DNA of 44,320 nucleotides. Origin: Octopus sinensis (Eukaryota). Position 1 is the first letter of the stretch, and the number at the start of each line of letters is the position of its first letter. The notes beneath the pieces are model-generated. The model did no database searches and was not told the origin of the DNA. It worked only from the letters and a program-made list of their open reading frames with translations. The position numbers were made by a program, and so were the translations under genes. Of the stretch, positions 1 through 13,119 are shown one piece after another. The stretch covers positions 1-44,320 of the forward strand of contig NW_021835052.1 of assembly GCF_006345805.1 (NCBI RefSeq), in the 5' to 3' direction.

Positions 1-331
1 ATATATATACATACATATATATGATTTTTATATATATATATATATATCGTTGATATATATATATATATATATATATATTACACACACATACATATAAAGC
101 AGGAGATTAAACATTTTTCGCATTATTAATCAACGTTACACGTGTTTCATTTGTTAATAGGAGTTTCAATATTGCACATGTAGGAGAAACATGTGAGATA
201 TCTCCTATCAGTAATTCTCCAACAATTCTGAAGCCCCTCTCAGCAAATAAAACACATGTAATGAGGAATAAATAATACCAAATATTTTTCCAGTATTTTT
301 TTAAACTCTTATATATGCTATACACAAATAT

Positions 332-357
332 AAGAAGAAGAAGAAGAAGAAGAAGAA

Positions 358-400
<43 letters not shown>

Positions 401-430
401 TTGATGATGATGATGATGATGATGATGATG

Positions 431-469
<39 letters not shown>

Positions 470-470
470 T

Positions 471-506
<36 letters not shown>
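332..506. repeat. Compound (AAG)n-(GAT)n microsatellite
   Basis: Direct reading; explains the poly-M/I/S ORFs at 301-605. Confidence 0.98.
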
Positions 507-1179
507 GACTGAATGTGAAGAACAAGAGCAATAAGACGGAGAAAAAGAAATGATGAGGAAAAAGAGGAGGTGGAAGATCACTTTCATTCTGTTCATCATC
601 ATCATCTCATCGTCATCGTCATTATGAAAGAGGAGACACGAGACGGAAAAAATAAAGATATAAGTGAAAATAAGAAAAAAAAGAAAGGAAAGCGAAAAGG
701 AATGGAAACTGCATGGAGCATAGAGAATTCGGCCATAATTCCATATTCGTTTTGCCTATGTTGGTTTGTTAGCAGAAAGCATCGAGATAAAGCAATCTAA
801 TAAAAGTTCACTGGAAGAGGACATAATTCTGCAATTCTCCGGCATCAATATACCATTTTGAAGCTCGTAATGGAAAAAGCCAAAAAATGGCAAACCGCCG
901 TCGCAAAATTTCTTCCATTAATCTTCGTCTTTGCCTACTTCTATCATCTTGTATCTTGTTTCTTTTCTTCCTTTTCATCATCATCTTCTCCATGTCCTTC
1001 TTCTTATTTTTCACTATTTTCTCCACCTCATCTTTTTTGTTCCGTTAATCAGAAATGTAATCAGGCCTTTTATAAACACGCGGGACAGCAACTGGCGAAA
1101 GCACACCAGTAAACTGTATACAATCTCTCGATGAACTTAGACCTTTACTATTATCATTCTTCTTACAGTTATTATCACT

Positions 1180-1587
<408 letters not shown>

Positions 1588-1920
1588 TTGTGGTCTGGTA
1601 GTGGTGATGAGATAGAAATAGTGGCGTTGGACATTAAAAGCTTTATCCTGAAAACAGCTCCAGTGAATTGGGAACAAACATATAATAAAGCACATGCATG
1701 CGTGTTTTGGAGAGTACGTATGTATAAAGATAGGTAATATATACATTACACCTACATAAGCACACACACACAGATATATACAACCACACATATATATATA
1801 TATATATAAGGGAAGATGTATGTCTGTAGAGTACATATGCTATGTAGATAGAAGCACGTACATGTACACACACAAATACGGAGAGAGAGAGATGTAAAAG
1901 AAAGAGAAATGACGTGAAAG

Positions 1921-2158
1921 AGGAGGAGGAGGGAGAGGAGAGGAGAAGAAGAGGATGAGGATGGAGGAGGAAGGAGGAGGAAGAGGAGGAGAGAGAGAAA
2001 TGAAGAAGAAGAAGAAGAAAAAGAGAAGGAGAAGAAGAAGAAGAAGAAGAAGAAGAAGAAGAAGGAGAAGAAGAAGAAGGAGAAAGAGAAGAAGAAGAAG
2101 AAGAAGAAGAGAAGAAGAAGAAGAAGAAGAAGAAGAAGAAGAAGAAGAAGAAGAAGAG
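1921..2158. repeat. Purine-rich (GAG)/(GAA)n microsatellite
   Basis: Direct reading. Confidence 0.96.
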
Positions 2159-4009
2159 CAGCAGTTGGATTAATATCCACTTATACTGCAGCCAGAATGA
2201 CTCCGGCCAGTTTTGAAGGTTGTAATTTAGAGACTATTTCTGGACAACAATCCATTGTTTCCAATACCTTCTGGGCCAGAATTTCGTTATTTCTTCAACC
2301 GATCATTTCGAACATCTTTATTAGCCTCCATCTTTATTCCTCTTCAGCATCAGCATCATCATCAAATCCGCCACCACCACCACCATCACCATCATCATTA
2401 TTATCATTGTCCCCATCACAAACACCACCATTTTCCCAGTAACCCCTTCCCCGCCTACGCCTTTCTTCTACCTTTATATGGATTATTACATAGAAAGAAG
2501 TCTCTATGATAATGGCTGCCATCGTGACGATAAGTTAGCTGCAATTGAAACGCTGTATTATATACTGCCTTTGTGTTGATTCTATTAGCAGATTATATCG
2601 CTTCTAAGATGCCATTATTCTTCATATTCGCAATATGAAATGATAATTTCGTTCCTCTTCTAATACACACCTTTAACCCTTGTTCCTGCTTCTATCTTTT
2701 CCCTCTTCTTCTTTACAATGCCTTCTTATAAAGGGACAATATCGATTTTATTATCAGGAGACACGTGTGAAATCGATTAATTCGACGCCAATATACAATT
2801 GATACCTATCGTATCGACCCCTAATGAAACGAACCAAATGAGAGAGCCCTTTTCTAGTCCCTCGTTCTACTAAAATAACTATTGTTTATCCGATTTTCAA
2901 GTCTTTGTATTTTGATAGTTCGATTTTCTTTCGCTTCAAATTTTGTTGAAAAAGAACCAACAAAATGTTCAAGATGCAAAGTGCGACGAAGCATTTTAAT
3001 ACATCCTAATAGACAGAACTGTTTAGAAATAAGCACGAAAATTAATACAACAGTTATTGTGTGCTCTCAGATGACCAAAACCGGTTTCCCAAGTTGCAAT
3101 TTTTTCACTTGCATTACAAGTTCTACTTTCAAGAGCTCTAAGCAAACATTAGGACGATGTATATACACATATATCGGATGCGCGCGCGCGCGTGTGTGTC
3201 TGTGTATTAGGAATTTCTGCTATTCGAAAATTAGGAACCTGAAACTCAGAGTAACGATTAATGACGTTTCCAGTTTCCATCAGACATAATAAAATGCTCC
3301 TCCATTAATAGCCACAAACTCAGGAGAAAAGTCCTTCAAAGGGAAAAATAAAATATCAATATTTCTCATTAGATATATATTTGGTATATATTTCAGTATC
3401 GAAGTCATTAAATAATGATTCTGTTAGAATGAAGTCGTATATTTCGGTTCTGCTTCTGCGTCTGCGATATTTTCTCAATAAATTCTGCACTTCACATTTG
3501 TATTTGGTTAGCAAGAATCTTGATGTGAATTCATGAGTTGAAACAAATCCTCTTGTGTCTTTGGTGGTTCATTGCGCTAATAATAACACATGCACTGGTT
3601 CAAAATCACTTCGCCATTATTAGGCAATTGGTTAAATTTTTAAGTAGCTAACTAATCGAATTTTTCGTTTAATGTGACAGAGAGCAGCTCTTTAAGACAG
3701 AAGGCATGTCAGTGAAGAGGTCGCGTATAGCGATGAAAGGACATTGACAAAGAAACAACCGATTGATTGTTTAATTGGTACAATAAACAAACGATCGATT
3801 AGTCAATCGGTTAAATATTGAACCGGTTAACGAACAATGAAGAAGTGGTTTCTAACCTGTGAGTGTGTCATTATTATTGGCTTAATGATCCTCACAAGAC
3901 ACAACAAAATTTTGCACTGTTTAAAGGTAATAAGGAAAACGATTAGTTTTAATGTTCTTTTCAAAACGTTCTGATGCACCAACATTCGCACTTTCTGAAA
4001 TATGAGCCA

Positions 4010-4155
4010 TACTTATTCTATCGGTGTGTTTTGCCGAACCGCTAAGTTGCTGGGGCAGAAGCACATCAACACCGGTTGTTAATTGATGATGAGGGACAAA
4101 CACACACACACAAACACACATACATACACACGCACACTCACATACACACACATGC
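4010..4155 (-). mobile_element. SINE fragment (3' half of the family at 42866-43271)
   Basis: ACTTATTCTATCGG..TTTTGCCGAACCGCTAAGTT..ACACCGGTT followed by (CA)n matches the body of the longer copy at ~42970-43100. Confidence 0.8.
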
Positions 4156-4938
4156 ACCCCCCTGTATATATATATTTACAAGAGTTAAGGAATGGAGTAG
4201 ATAAGATCCGGGCTACATATTTTCCATAGCGAGCGGAACCTCGGAAATGGTAAATATCCAAACGAGGTGTATAGCGCAGGTTACTATTTAGGCCAAGGGT
4301 ATCTTGAGTAGATGGAAGTTTTATATTTTCGCAAAGAGGTACATGTCGTAAGACATGGAAGACTCAATCAAAATGTGTAGAGAGCAGAGAAGGAGATTAT
4401 AAATATAGAGAGAAATTAGGATTAAAAGAAGGAAAAGGAAAAAAACAACATAACGGAGAGGATTTTAAGCAAGGTTGTTTGACCAGTAGTATTCAATAGG
4501 GCTATTTTGGTCGAATCACAGAAATTAGCAAGGGGAGTGGTATTTGAGAAAAAGATAACGTTGAGGGGAGAGGGTCATTTATGTACTTTCCTTACTGTTT
4601 ATAAAGAAGTTTTTTCTCCTATTCTTCCCTTTAATCCTTATTCTCATTTACATACTTCTCTCTCTTTATCTTTCCTTACCATTTATAGAATTTCTTTTTC
4701 TCTTGTTTCACCTGCCTCTCCCCTCCTCCCCTCTTTGTTAACTTACACCTTACTACTTCATATTGTACTGTAAACACGCTCACCGCACACAATATACACT
4801 CCATTAGTAGCCGCCATGACTCTTGCCCATTCTATCTTTCTCCCCCTTGACCAAAAATATTTCTCTACTCTCTCACCACCATATTAACTTTTATATAATA
4901 ATAATAATAACAACAACAACAACAACAACAACAGCAGC

Positions 4939-4973
<35 letters not shown>

Positions 4974-5805
4974 GTTAGAAACTTTAATATCTCTAATTTT
5001 GTGTGAACATTTTGTCTTCCCTTCTCTGACTAACAGAATATGTAAACATGCCTTTTATTGTAAGAACACAATTAAATGCACGATAAAAAGTTTAAGGAAG
5101 CACCTGCCAATATATACATACTGCATAACTACAAAAACTGTAAACCGCAGAAAAACATTTAAAAAGAAAAGTAAAATTCCAAAAGAAAAAGAAATTCAGA
5201 AATTCAAAAATCCAACAAGGTGAACATCTCTTCCTACCACTATTTCCAAAGACTGGAATATCTACAATTTCCTGTGAATATTTTAAGTCTCCCTCAAAAT
5301 AAAATAAGTCAGGGAACTTACATACCGACAGCTTTGGAACACAAGCGAATCAGCTTTAAAAAAAAAACCCAAAACCTTTAATATCTACAACTAATGTGTG
5401 ATGACTTATCCTTTCCTCTCTCCCTGAGTATTCGAAAATGTAAACATCATCCTCCTTTTTATTCTAAGAACACGACCATTTTTCTCTCTGTGCGGTCATA
5501 CAAAAGACTATATTTAGTAAATCTTAGAACTTTACTAGCCACAACTTGTTTTCTTTTCTTTTTGACTCTCCCTGAGTATTCGAAAGTGTAAACATCCTTT
5601 TCATTCTGTATTCTCCAAATGGACAGACAAACGAACATCTCAAGAATACTTAAAAACTTTAATATATTACCCAAAGACGTAAACACACCATTTACTGCAA
5701 CAACACTAATTGAATTCAGAACTTCAAAAATTCACCGACGTGATTATCATATATATATATGTGGTGTGTGTGTGTGTGTGTGCGTGTGTGTGTGTGTGTA
5801 TGCGT

Positions 5806-5841
<36 letters not shown>

Positions 5842-5988
5842 ATTATTGTTGTTTTTTCTACCATAATTACAAATAGAACTGTTGAATTGCTTCTTTCCAA
5901 GGCAGAGCTCCCAGTATCAACTGGTAGTAGTAAACACATTTGAACCCTGCTATCTATCTATCTCTGCTATATATATAATATATATATA

Positions 5989-6074
<86 letters not shown>

Positions 6075-6509
6075 AGGGCTTAGTAAATAAATTACTTTGC
6101 CACATACTGAACTCATTAGAAATAGCAGCTAAAGAAATTTCTTCAGCTATTTCTAATACTTAAAGAAGATCTCTCTCAGATAGTGTTTGCCTAAACCACT
6201 CACAAAAGTATGGGGGAAAAAACATTAAAAAATCAAGTGCAAAGTTATTTGGGACGTACGTTTCTAGATTAGTCAATTAATATTTGAATTCGCCTATAAT
6301 GGTCCCTTTACATACTGAATACTTGGTGAAATTGATTAATATTAATTAATTTTACACCCTCAATTGTTGAAATTATATATATATATATATATATAGATAG
6401 ATAGATAGATAGATAGAGATAGATAGATAGATAGATAGATATAAACAAGTATATTTACGTAGAACACACAAAATAGAGAATACTACGAAAAGAATACATA
6501 GTTACTTAA

Positions 6510-6570
6510 CTCGACAGCTGTTTCAGGAAGCTCCGAATTACGTATTAATCGTAATGCTCATAATTAGAGG
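6510..6570 (-). ncRNA. Degenerate hammerhead ribozyme relic
   Basis: Minus strand: CUAAUUA (decayed CUGAUGA), long stem II with AUUACG/CGUAAU hairpin, GAA-ACAGCUGU-C (palindromic stem III, GUC site); followed by T-rich tail and (ATCT)n/(TA)n. Confidence 0.5.
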
Positions 6571-6950
6571 AACCAATGTGCAAACAGTCTTGGGTATGAA
6601 ACCAAGGAATAGTGACATAGATATATTACTATAAGTCCAGCTTCCTTTCTCAGGAGAAAAATTGGCAAAAGACGATGAAATATGTTGGAACAGATTAATG
6701 TATAAAATTGGGTTGACATAGCACGGACAAATGTTGTAGACAAATCTAAAGCGCTTATGTGAAAGAAAAATATAGATCATATACAGATTTTGTTCATCAG
6801 CTCAGACCGGGGGCTAAACAACAGCAGTCAGCGAACACTTAACCATCAGTTAAACATACACACGCATAAACAAATATATAGAGACACAAATTGCATATAT
6901 AAACACACATGCGCACACTCAAACACACATATATACATACACACACGCAC

Positions 6951-6987
<37 letters not shown>

Positions 6988-7352
6988 TATAGAACTAAAC
7001 GCATAAAGGTTTGCTTCCTAAATGACGGCTAACTTCTTTGAAGTAACGTGAACTTCGACTAACCAAAATGGCTTCCGTGCGAACAGCAGCAGACTCTAAC
7101 TAACTGCCGGTTTGTCTTCATAACATTGATTGGATCAAGATATTTACACCGTCAGCCATTACAAACTCTTTTGAAGATTAACAAACTTCACATTTTATTC
7201 AATGCCAACTTTCCTCGTTTTCTTTTACACTATTTTCTCTGTCTTGTATCTGTCCATCTGTTTTATTTTCTTACCATTTTGCTCTGGTTTTGTCTGTGTG
7301 TTTATTTATATCTATGTCTATTTCTTGATCGGAGAGAGTGAGACAGAGAGAG

Positions 7353-7388
<36 letters not shown>

Positions 7389-8145
7389 AAGGCAGAGAGA
7401 GAGAAAGGCAGAGAGAGAGAAAGGCAGAGAGAAGAATAATATGTGTATTTATGTGCACTGGGTTTATATTTGGGATGAGGGGCGAGAACGGGAAACATTA
7501 CATGCAGTTGCTTCAGTGTGTGCCTGTGTGTGTGCGTGTGCATGTATGCGTGTGTTTGAGAGAGAGAGAGAGAGAGTAAACATGAATGTATGTAAAAGAG
7601 AGAGAAGTCTGTATCTAATTTGTGTATCTTTGGATGTGTGTTCGTTGATATTAATATATGTGCAGGCGTGTGTATTTGTATATAATTCCGTGTGTGTGTG
7701 GTGTGTGGTGTGTGTGTGTGTAAATTTTATATTATATGAAAAGATTGTGCGTGATTGTGTGTGTGTGTATGTATGTATATATATATGCTTGTATGGACAT
7801 GTAATTTTTTTTGTGTACATATGTTTTTGTGTGTAACTTCATGTGAATGTGTGGACGTATGTCAGTGCGCGTGTACTTTCGTCTGCACGTGTCTATGTTT
7901 GTATTGTTTATATTTGCAGTAGAGGTATTTGAATAGTTTTAATCTATCTCTCTCCCTCACTTTCTCTCTCTATCTATCTGTTTTAATCTCTCCTCTCTCT
8001 CTCCTCTCTCTTTGTATGTGAGATTGTGTGTGTGCATGTATGTATCACTGAGCATATTAATTTATTGTGACTGCATACATGTATATGTGTGAATCTGCGT
8101 GTATATATGTGTATTGCGAGTATTAAATGAAAGCTATACTATGGG

Positions 8146-8217
<72 letters not shown>

Positions 8218-8547
8218 GTGTGTGTGGTGTGTGTTTGTGCATGTGTGTAACCGTTTGCTCATAGTGAAAACAACAAAACCTTCAATGAGGCTATCGTCCC
8301 TCCAACAACTATTGTGAGTGCCGCGGCCACAACATCAAATTCTCGCACACATAGTCTATACGGGTGTTCCTCATACCAGTAATTAGGAACGACGTCAACT
8401 GGAAATACCAAATAACTGACAAGTAGTTCTGCCTAGGCTTGAGTGTTTAGCTCCGGCAAACTAATGGCCAAACTCATTCTTCACACATTTATACTGAACA
8501 GAATCACATTGAATCACAGCAACAGCAAACATATGGATATATATATA

Positions 8548-9818
8548 TTAGGTTGTCAAATACGATATTTATAATAAGGTATATGGTAAACTTTGACAGC
8601 CGCTCATTTCGCGCCAATATTATATTTTGGCAATCCTTATCTTTTGTTAGAAAGCTGAAACATTTCTTTATTCAAACTCATTTTGCGCTTTATAAAGTAT
8701 TTATAAATCTTTTCTTGCTATTTTTGCTTAGAGATGGAAATTCGTACAGTTTTGAAATATGAGTTCTTTCTTGGAAATATAGCATCACTGACAGCTCGGA
8801 ATATTGAAGGAGTATTTCATTCTAATCTTATTACACAGCAGACAGTATCAAATTGGTTTTCAAAATTTCGTTCCGGTAACTTTGACTTCACAGATGAGCA
8901 ACATGGTCGACCAGAAGCAAAGGTGGATAATGACGAACTGAAAGCCACCATCGAGTCAGAGCCATCTCAAAGTCCCCGTTAATTCATGTAGTTGTTTGGT
9001 GCTAGCGAGCAAGCAATATTGACTGACCTAGTTCAAATCCGTAAGGTGAAAAATTTGGATAAGCGAGTTCCACGTGAACTCAATGAAAATCAGAAACAGC
9101 GACGTTTGGAAGCCTGCATTATGCTACTTCTCACAACAAAAATGAATAATTTTTTTATCGAATTGTAACATGTGATAAGAAATGGTTCCAATCCAACAAC
9201 CGTAAACGTTCAGAACAATGGTTGGGCAAAGACGAGCCACCAAAACACAGTCCAAAAAGCAAAATTCATTAAAAGAAGCTGATGGTGTGTGTTTGGTGGT
9301 CTGGCGCAGGTGTGATCCACTATGATTTCATTAAACTTGGTTCAACAATCACGGCCGAAGTATATTACAGCCAACTGGACCAAATTATGCAGAAACTTAC
9401 AAAAAAATCAACCTAGATTAGTCGACAGATCCACTTCTGTGTTATTGCAAGACAACACCAGACAACACTTCAGAAAAATGACATTGGCGAAACTACAGGA
9501 TTTGGAGTTGGAAGTTCTCCATCATCCACCATACTCACCTGATCTTGCCTCCACTGACTACCACTTCATCCAGTATTTGGATAATTTTTTGAAAGGACAA
9601 AAATTTAATTCCGACGACGCTGTAAAAACGGCCTTCCAAGATTTTACTGACTCTAGATTGCCAGGCTTTTACAGTTCCGGGCTGGACAAGATACCGCTGA
9701 AATGGTAAACGTGTATTGACAATATGGCTGCATACTTTGATGAATAAAACTATTCCTTGTGTTTATAAAACATTAGCAAACTTTTTCTTTTCTACTAATT
9801 TCATACTTGACAACCTAA
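8548..9818 (+). mobile_element. Full-length mariner DNA transposon (D,D34D), inactive
   Basis: TIRs TTAGGTTGTCAAATACGA (8548) and reverse-complement TTAGGTTGTCAAGTATGA (ending 9818); TA on both sides; ~1.27 kb; transposase motifs inside. Confidence 0.95.
8734..9708 (+). pseudogene. Mariner transposase pseudogene
   Basis: N-terminal HTH region (WFSKFRSGNFDFTDEQHGRP), IVTCDKKW, LLQDNTRQH, HPPYSPDLASTDYHF; broken by stops and frameshifts. Confidence 0.93.
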
Positions 9819-9905
9819 TACATATATGTGTGCGTGTATATATATGTGTGTGTGTGTGTGCGTGTAGGTTGAAAAGGAATACATGTGTTTATATATAGAT
9901 ATATA

Positions 9906-9967
<62 letters not shown>

Positions 9968-10014
9968 AAAAATTCAAGGTAGAAAATATTAAAATAATTT
10001 TATAAAAAACATTT

Positions 10015-10050
10015 CAGTCCCGGTTTCGGTTATTGAGATTTTTTCAACTG
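10015..10050 (-). ncRNA. Degenerate minimal hammerhead with U3-A8 core
   Basis: CAG-UUGAAAA-AAUCUCAAUAACC-GAA-ACCGGG-A-CUG; stem I CAG/CUG; U16.1 replaced by G; stem II decayed. Confidence 0.55.
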
Positions 10051-10481
10051 TAAGTATGGAAAACAATTAAATTTTGGAAAACTTAAATGAAAATTATTTT
10101 AAAAGAATATTTGCATAGTATTCAAATACAAGGGGCATTTTCATTGTTTCTGCTTGTCTCTGTCTCTCTTGTTTACTTTTGTGGGTTCGAGGTCGTTGTG
10201 AATTCTTGGCTGAGAAGAAGAAGAAGAAAAGAAGAAGAAGAAGAAGAAGAAGAAGAAGAAGAAGAAGAAGAAGAAGAAGAAGAAGAAGAAGAAGAATGTG
10301 GGGGGTGCTATGATAGTAGTAGGAAGTGAAGTGACCTAGGAGTGGTTCGTTGTGGATTATAGCAGTGATTGGGACTGTTTTTAATGAATTCTTGGGTCTC
10401 TCTTTTGAATGTATCATTTTTAATATTTGCGTGTGTGTGTTTCTAAGGTCGTGGTGGATATGTTATTTATTGTAGATGCGT

Positions 10482-10784
10482 TCAAAAGGGGTCTGTATTT
10501 TGTAATAAAGGAGACGCTTTACTAATTCTTCGGCTACAGGTTGTATCGTCCCTGAATTGATAGAGGGGAAAATTTCTGAAGCTTGGATTTTTGTTATTGG
10601 CAAAAATGTCGATGTGTTGGCTGAATGATATTTTTCTCTTATTTTGAATTTTGATCTGGAATCTGTGCAGAGCCATCCTTTGGCGTAGAATGTTTTTTTT
10701 TTGGCCTATGTATTTCTCTTGACACCCAGAGCAAGTTAGTGCGTACATGAGGTTCTCCGAAGCACATGTGAAGCTGCTTTTCAC
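10482..10784 (-). pseudogene. GIY-YIG endonuclease fragment of a Penelope-like element
   Basis: FTCASENLMYALTCSGCQEKYIGQ...LRQRMALH; preceded in frame by YCGTCVNLIDGSEF. Confidence 0.9.
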
Positions 10785-11420
10785 TGTGAAAGGTTTTCCC
10801 TGTTTGAAGGAGAACTCTGATCCATCAATTAAATTGACACATGTCCCACAGTAGACATCAAGGCAAGTATATATGGAGGCAATTATGCAGCAAACAATTT
10901 CAGCGCTACGAAGAATTTTCTATACCGAAAACCCGAGGAACTCACCTGTTGATTGCATACATAGGTATGTATGTATTTATCTACCTGTTTGCTTGCGCCC
11001 GTGCATAATTATGTTTGTGTGCGTGCTAACGTCTGTATATTTATGCAAAGAAGAGCAGACAGCGATAGAGAAAGAATGTGACTGAGACCAAATCTAACCA
11101 AAGAGAGAAAACATGAAATCACACATAAAACACACATGCATACAGACATATGCTTTTTTGTGCATCTATGAATGGATGTAGGTGTGTGTAGGTGTGTCTG
11201 TGTGTGTGTATGCATGTATGTATGTGCTCGTATATTCTTGTGACTAAGTGCATGAGATTGAGTGAATGGGGGAAAGAAAGCGGAGTATGTGAGAGGAGGA
11301 TAAAGAAAAGATGGAGAGGAAAAATAATACGGGGAGTGAAAGAGAGAGAAGGGGCGGACAAGAAGAAAAGAAAAAACATGAAATACCTTCTTTTGATATG
11401 ATAGTGTATGTGTGGAGTTG

Positions 11421-11451
<31 letters not shown>

Positions 11452-11544
11452 TGTGTGTGTGTGTAGAGGAGAGAGAGAGAGTGTGTAGAGGAGAGAGAGA
11501 GAGAGAGAGAGAGAATGAGCGACAGGAATAGAGAATGGAAAAAA

Positions 11545-11664
11545 GGCAAAACGAAAGAAAGAAAGAAAAAAAGAAAGAAAGACGAAAAAGAAGAAAAGAG
11601 AAGAAACGAAAGAAAGAAAGGCAAGAAGGAAGGAAAGGGAAAGAGAGAAAACAAAGAAAAATGA

Positions 11665-11725
<61 letters not shown>
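11545..11725. repeat. (GAAA)n-rich tract
   Basis: Direct reading; explains the 282-aa F/L/S-rich ORF. Confidence 0.95.
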
Positions 11726-12083
11726 AACGGAGAAATGAAGAGAGGAAAAGAGGAAAAAAGTAATGCAAAGAAGATGTGAGGAAGCGGAAGTTGTGTGAAG
11801 GGTCTTGTAAAAACTAAATGTATTTTGGTTGGCGACCAACAAAGGAAGAGGAGACATGTGCTAAGTAACTGGTGTGACTAAGGATCAACTGGACACTTTT
11901 GTCTTTCATTATTTAACACCGGGGTATACACAACCACCCAGAAAGATCAACCTGCAACTTCCTTTCAATGGAAATAACGCTTGAAGGTCAAAACGAAACT
12001 AAAATAAACAATTTCTTTTGAGAGACTGGAAAATTCAAAAAGGATTCATCGTCGTTGTTTTATGTTGTTTATTTATTTCTTTA

Positions 12084-12141
12084 TAGATAGATAGAGGGAG
12101 AGAGAGAGAGGGAGGAGAGAGAGATAGATAGATAGATAGAT

Positions 12142-12199
<58 letters not shown>

Positions 12200-12241
12200 G
12201 TAGGTAGGTAGGTAGGTAGGTAGGTAGATAGATAGATAGAA

Positions 12242-12278
<37 letters not shown>

Positions 12279-12321
12279 TAGACAGACAGACAGACAGACA
12301 TATAGATAGATAGATAGATAT

Positions 12322-12359
<38 letters not shown>
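12084..12359. repeat. Compound (AGAT)/(AGGT)/(AGAC)n tetranucleotide array
   Basis: Direct reading. Confidence 0.97.
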
Positions 12360-12399
12360 GTGTGTATGTATTTTATTTGTTTCCTTTGCAATATTTTGG

Positions 12400-12775
12400 T
12401 CAAAACTGGGGGATTCGTGTAGGCACATATATTTTTTAAGAGACCCTATATGGCCGTTAGACCTGCTAGAAATAATAGCTAAATCTCTCATAAATTGCAT
12501 TTCACCGACATAAAAATGGAAGGAATGCAGTGGATAATACAGTCTGAGGTATCCCCACATCCTAATGCTTTGAACGACTTTAATTATGGAACTATTCGAT
12601 CAGATTTGGTAGCAACAGCGAATGGCCAAGGAAAATATAATTTGATCCAAGGACAATATAGTTTAAAGTCGGCACACTGGAGCTCATAGATATTTTGAGT
12701 TGTTACTGCTGTCGTTTAACTTAAGGTGCCGCACTGGTAGAATCGTTAGTGCGTCGGACAAAATGCTTATTGTAC
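12400..12775. mobile_element. Old SINE-like repeat plus truncated tRNA-like SINE head (~12722-12775)
   Basis: GACCTGCTAGAAATAATAGCTAAATCTC resembles TAGAAATAGCAGC motifs at ~6117, ~31570 and ~31963; CTGGTAGAATCGTTAG..CGGACAAAATGCTT matches the heads at 22528 and 22784. Confidence 0.55.
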
Positions 12776-12989
12776 CGACCCATTTCTGATGACCTACATG
12801 ATGATGCACCTAGATTCTATTGAATCCAATAATTAATATCTATATATATTTGAATTAAATGTGACCATTTTGCGTTGAGTCTGCAGCTTGAATCACTTTA
12901 ACCAAATTTTAGCAGGCCGGATTTTTGATCATCAGGATACATCGCCAGCGCCTCCCTGAAACTCTCCCCCTGAAATCCCCGTTGAGAAA

Positions 12990-13075
12990 TCTATATATAT
13001 AAAACTCAACTTGTGCGTCCGTGTGTGTGTCTGTGTATGTATCTGCGTGTGTGTCTGTGTGTTTAACTTTTTGAT
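12990..13075 (+). mobile_element. Helitron 5'-end fragment
   Basis: A|TCTATATATATAAAACTCAACTTGTG resembles the 5' ends of the complete copies; no 3' end. Confidence 0.55.
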
Positions 13076-13119
13076 CTACCAAGTTTCATTATCAAGGATG
13101 GAAAGCAGTGTGTAGCAAA

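Larger units (their letters stand above)
9966..10870 (-). mobile_element. 5'-truncated Penelope-like element: GIY-YIG end plus 3' region
   Basis: ORF 10482-10784 homologous to the endonuclease at 15513-16043; interrupted by (GAA)n at ~10214-10295; HHR relic at 10015-10050; ends at (TA)n. Confidence 0.85.

Noticed and set aside
2943-2999. Gypsy pol fragment (LLKKNQ..KCDEAF)
   Set aside because: Only a few residues match, bounded by stops, no other pol motifs nearby.
6538-6780. GPCR (NPILY) or Cys-loop receptor (YNICPC..SPEK) exon
   Set aside because: Motif spacing and order do not fit either family, no clear splice sites, and the ORF runs into an HHR-bearing repeat relic.
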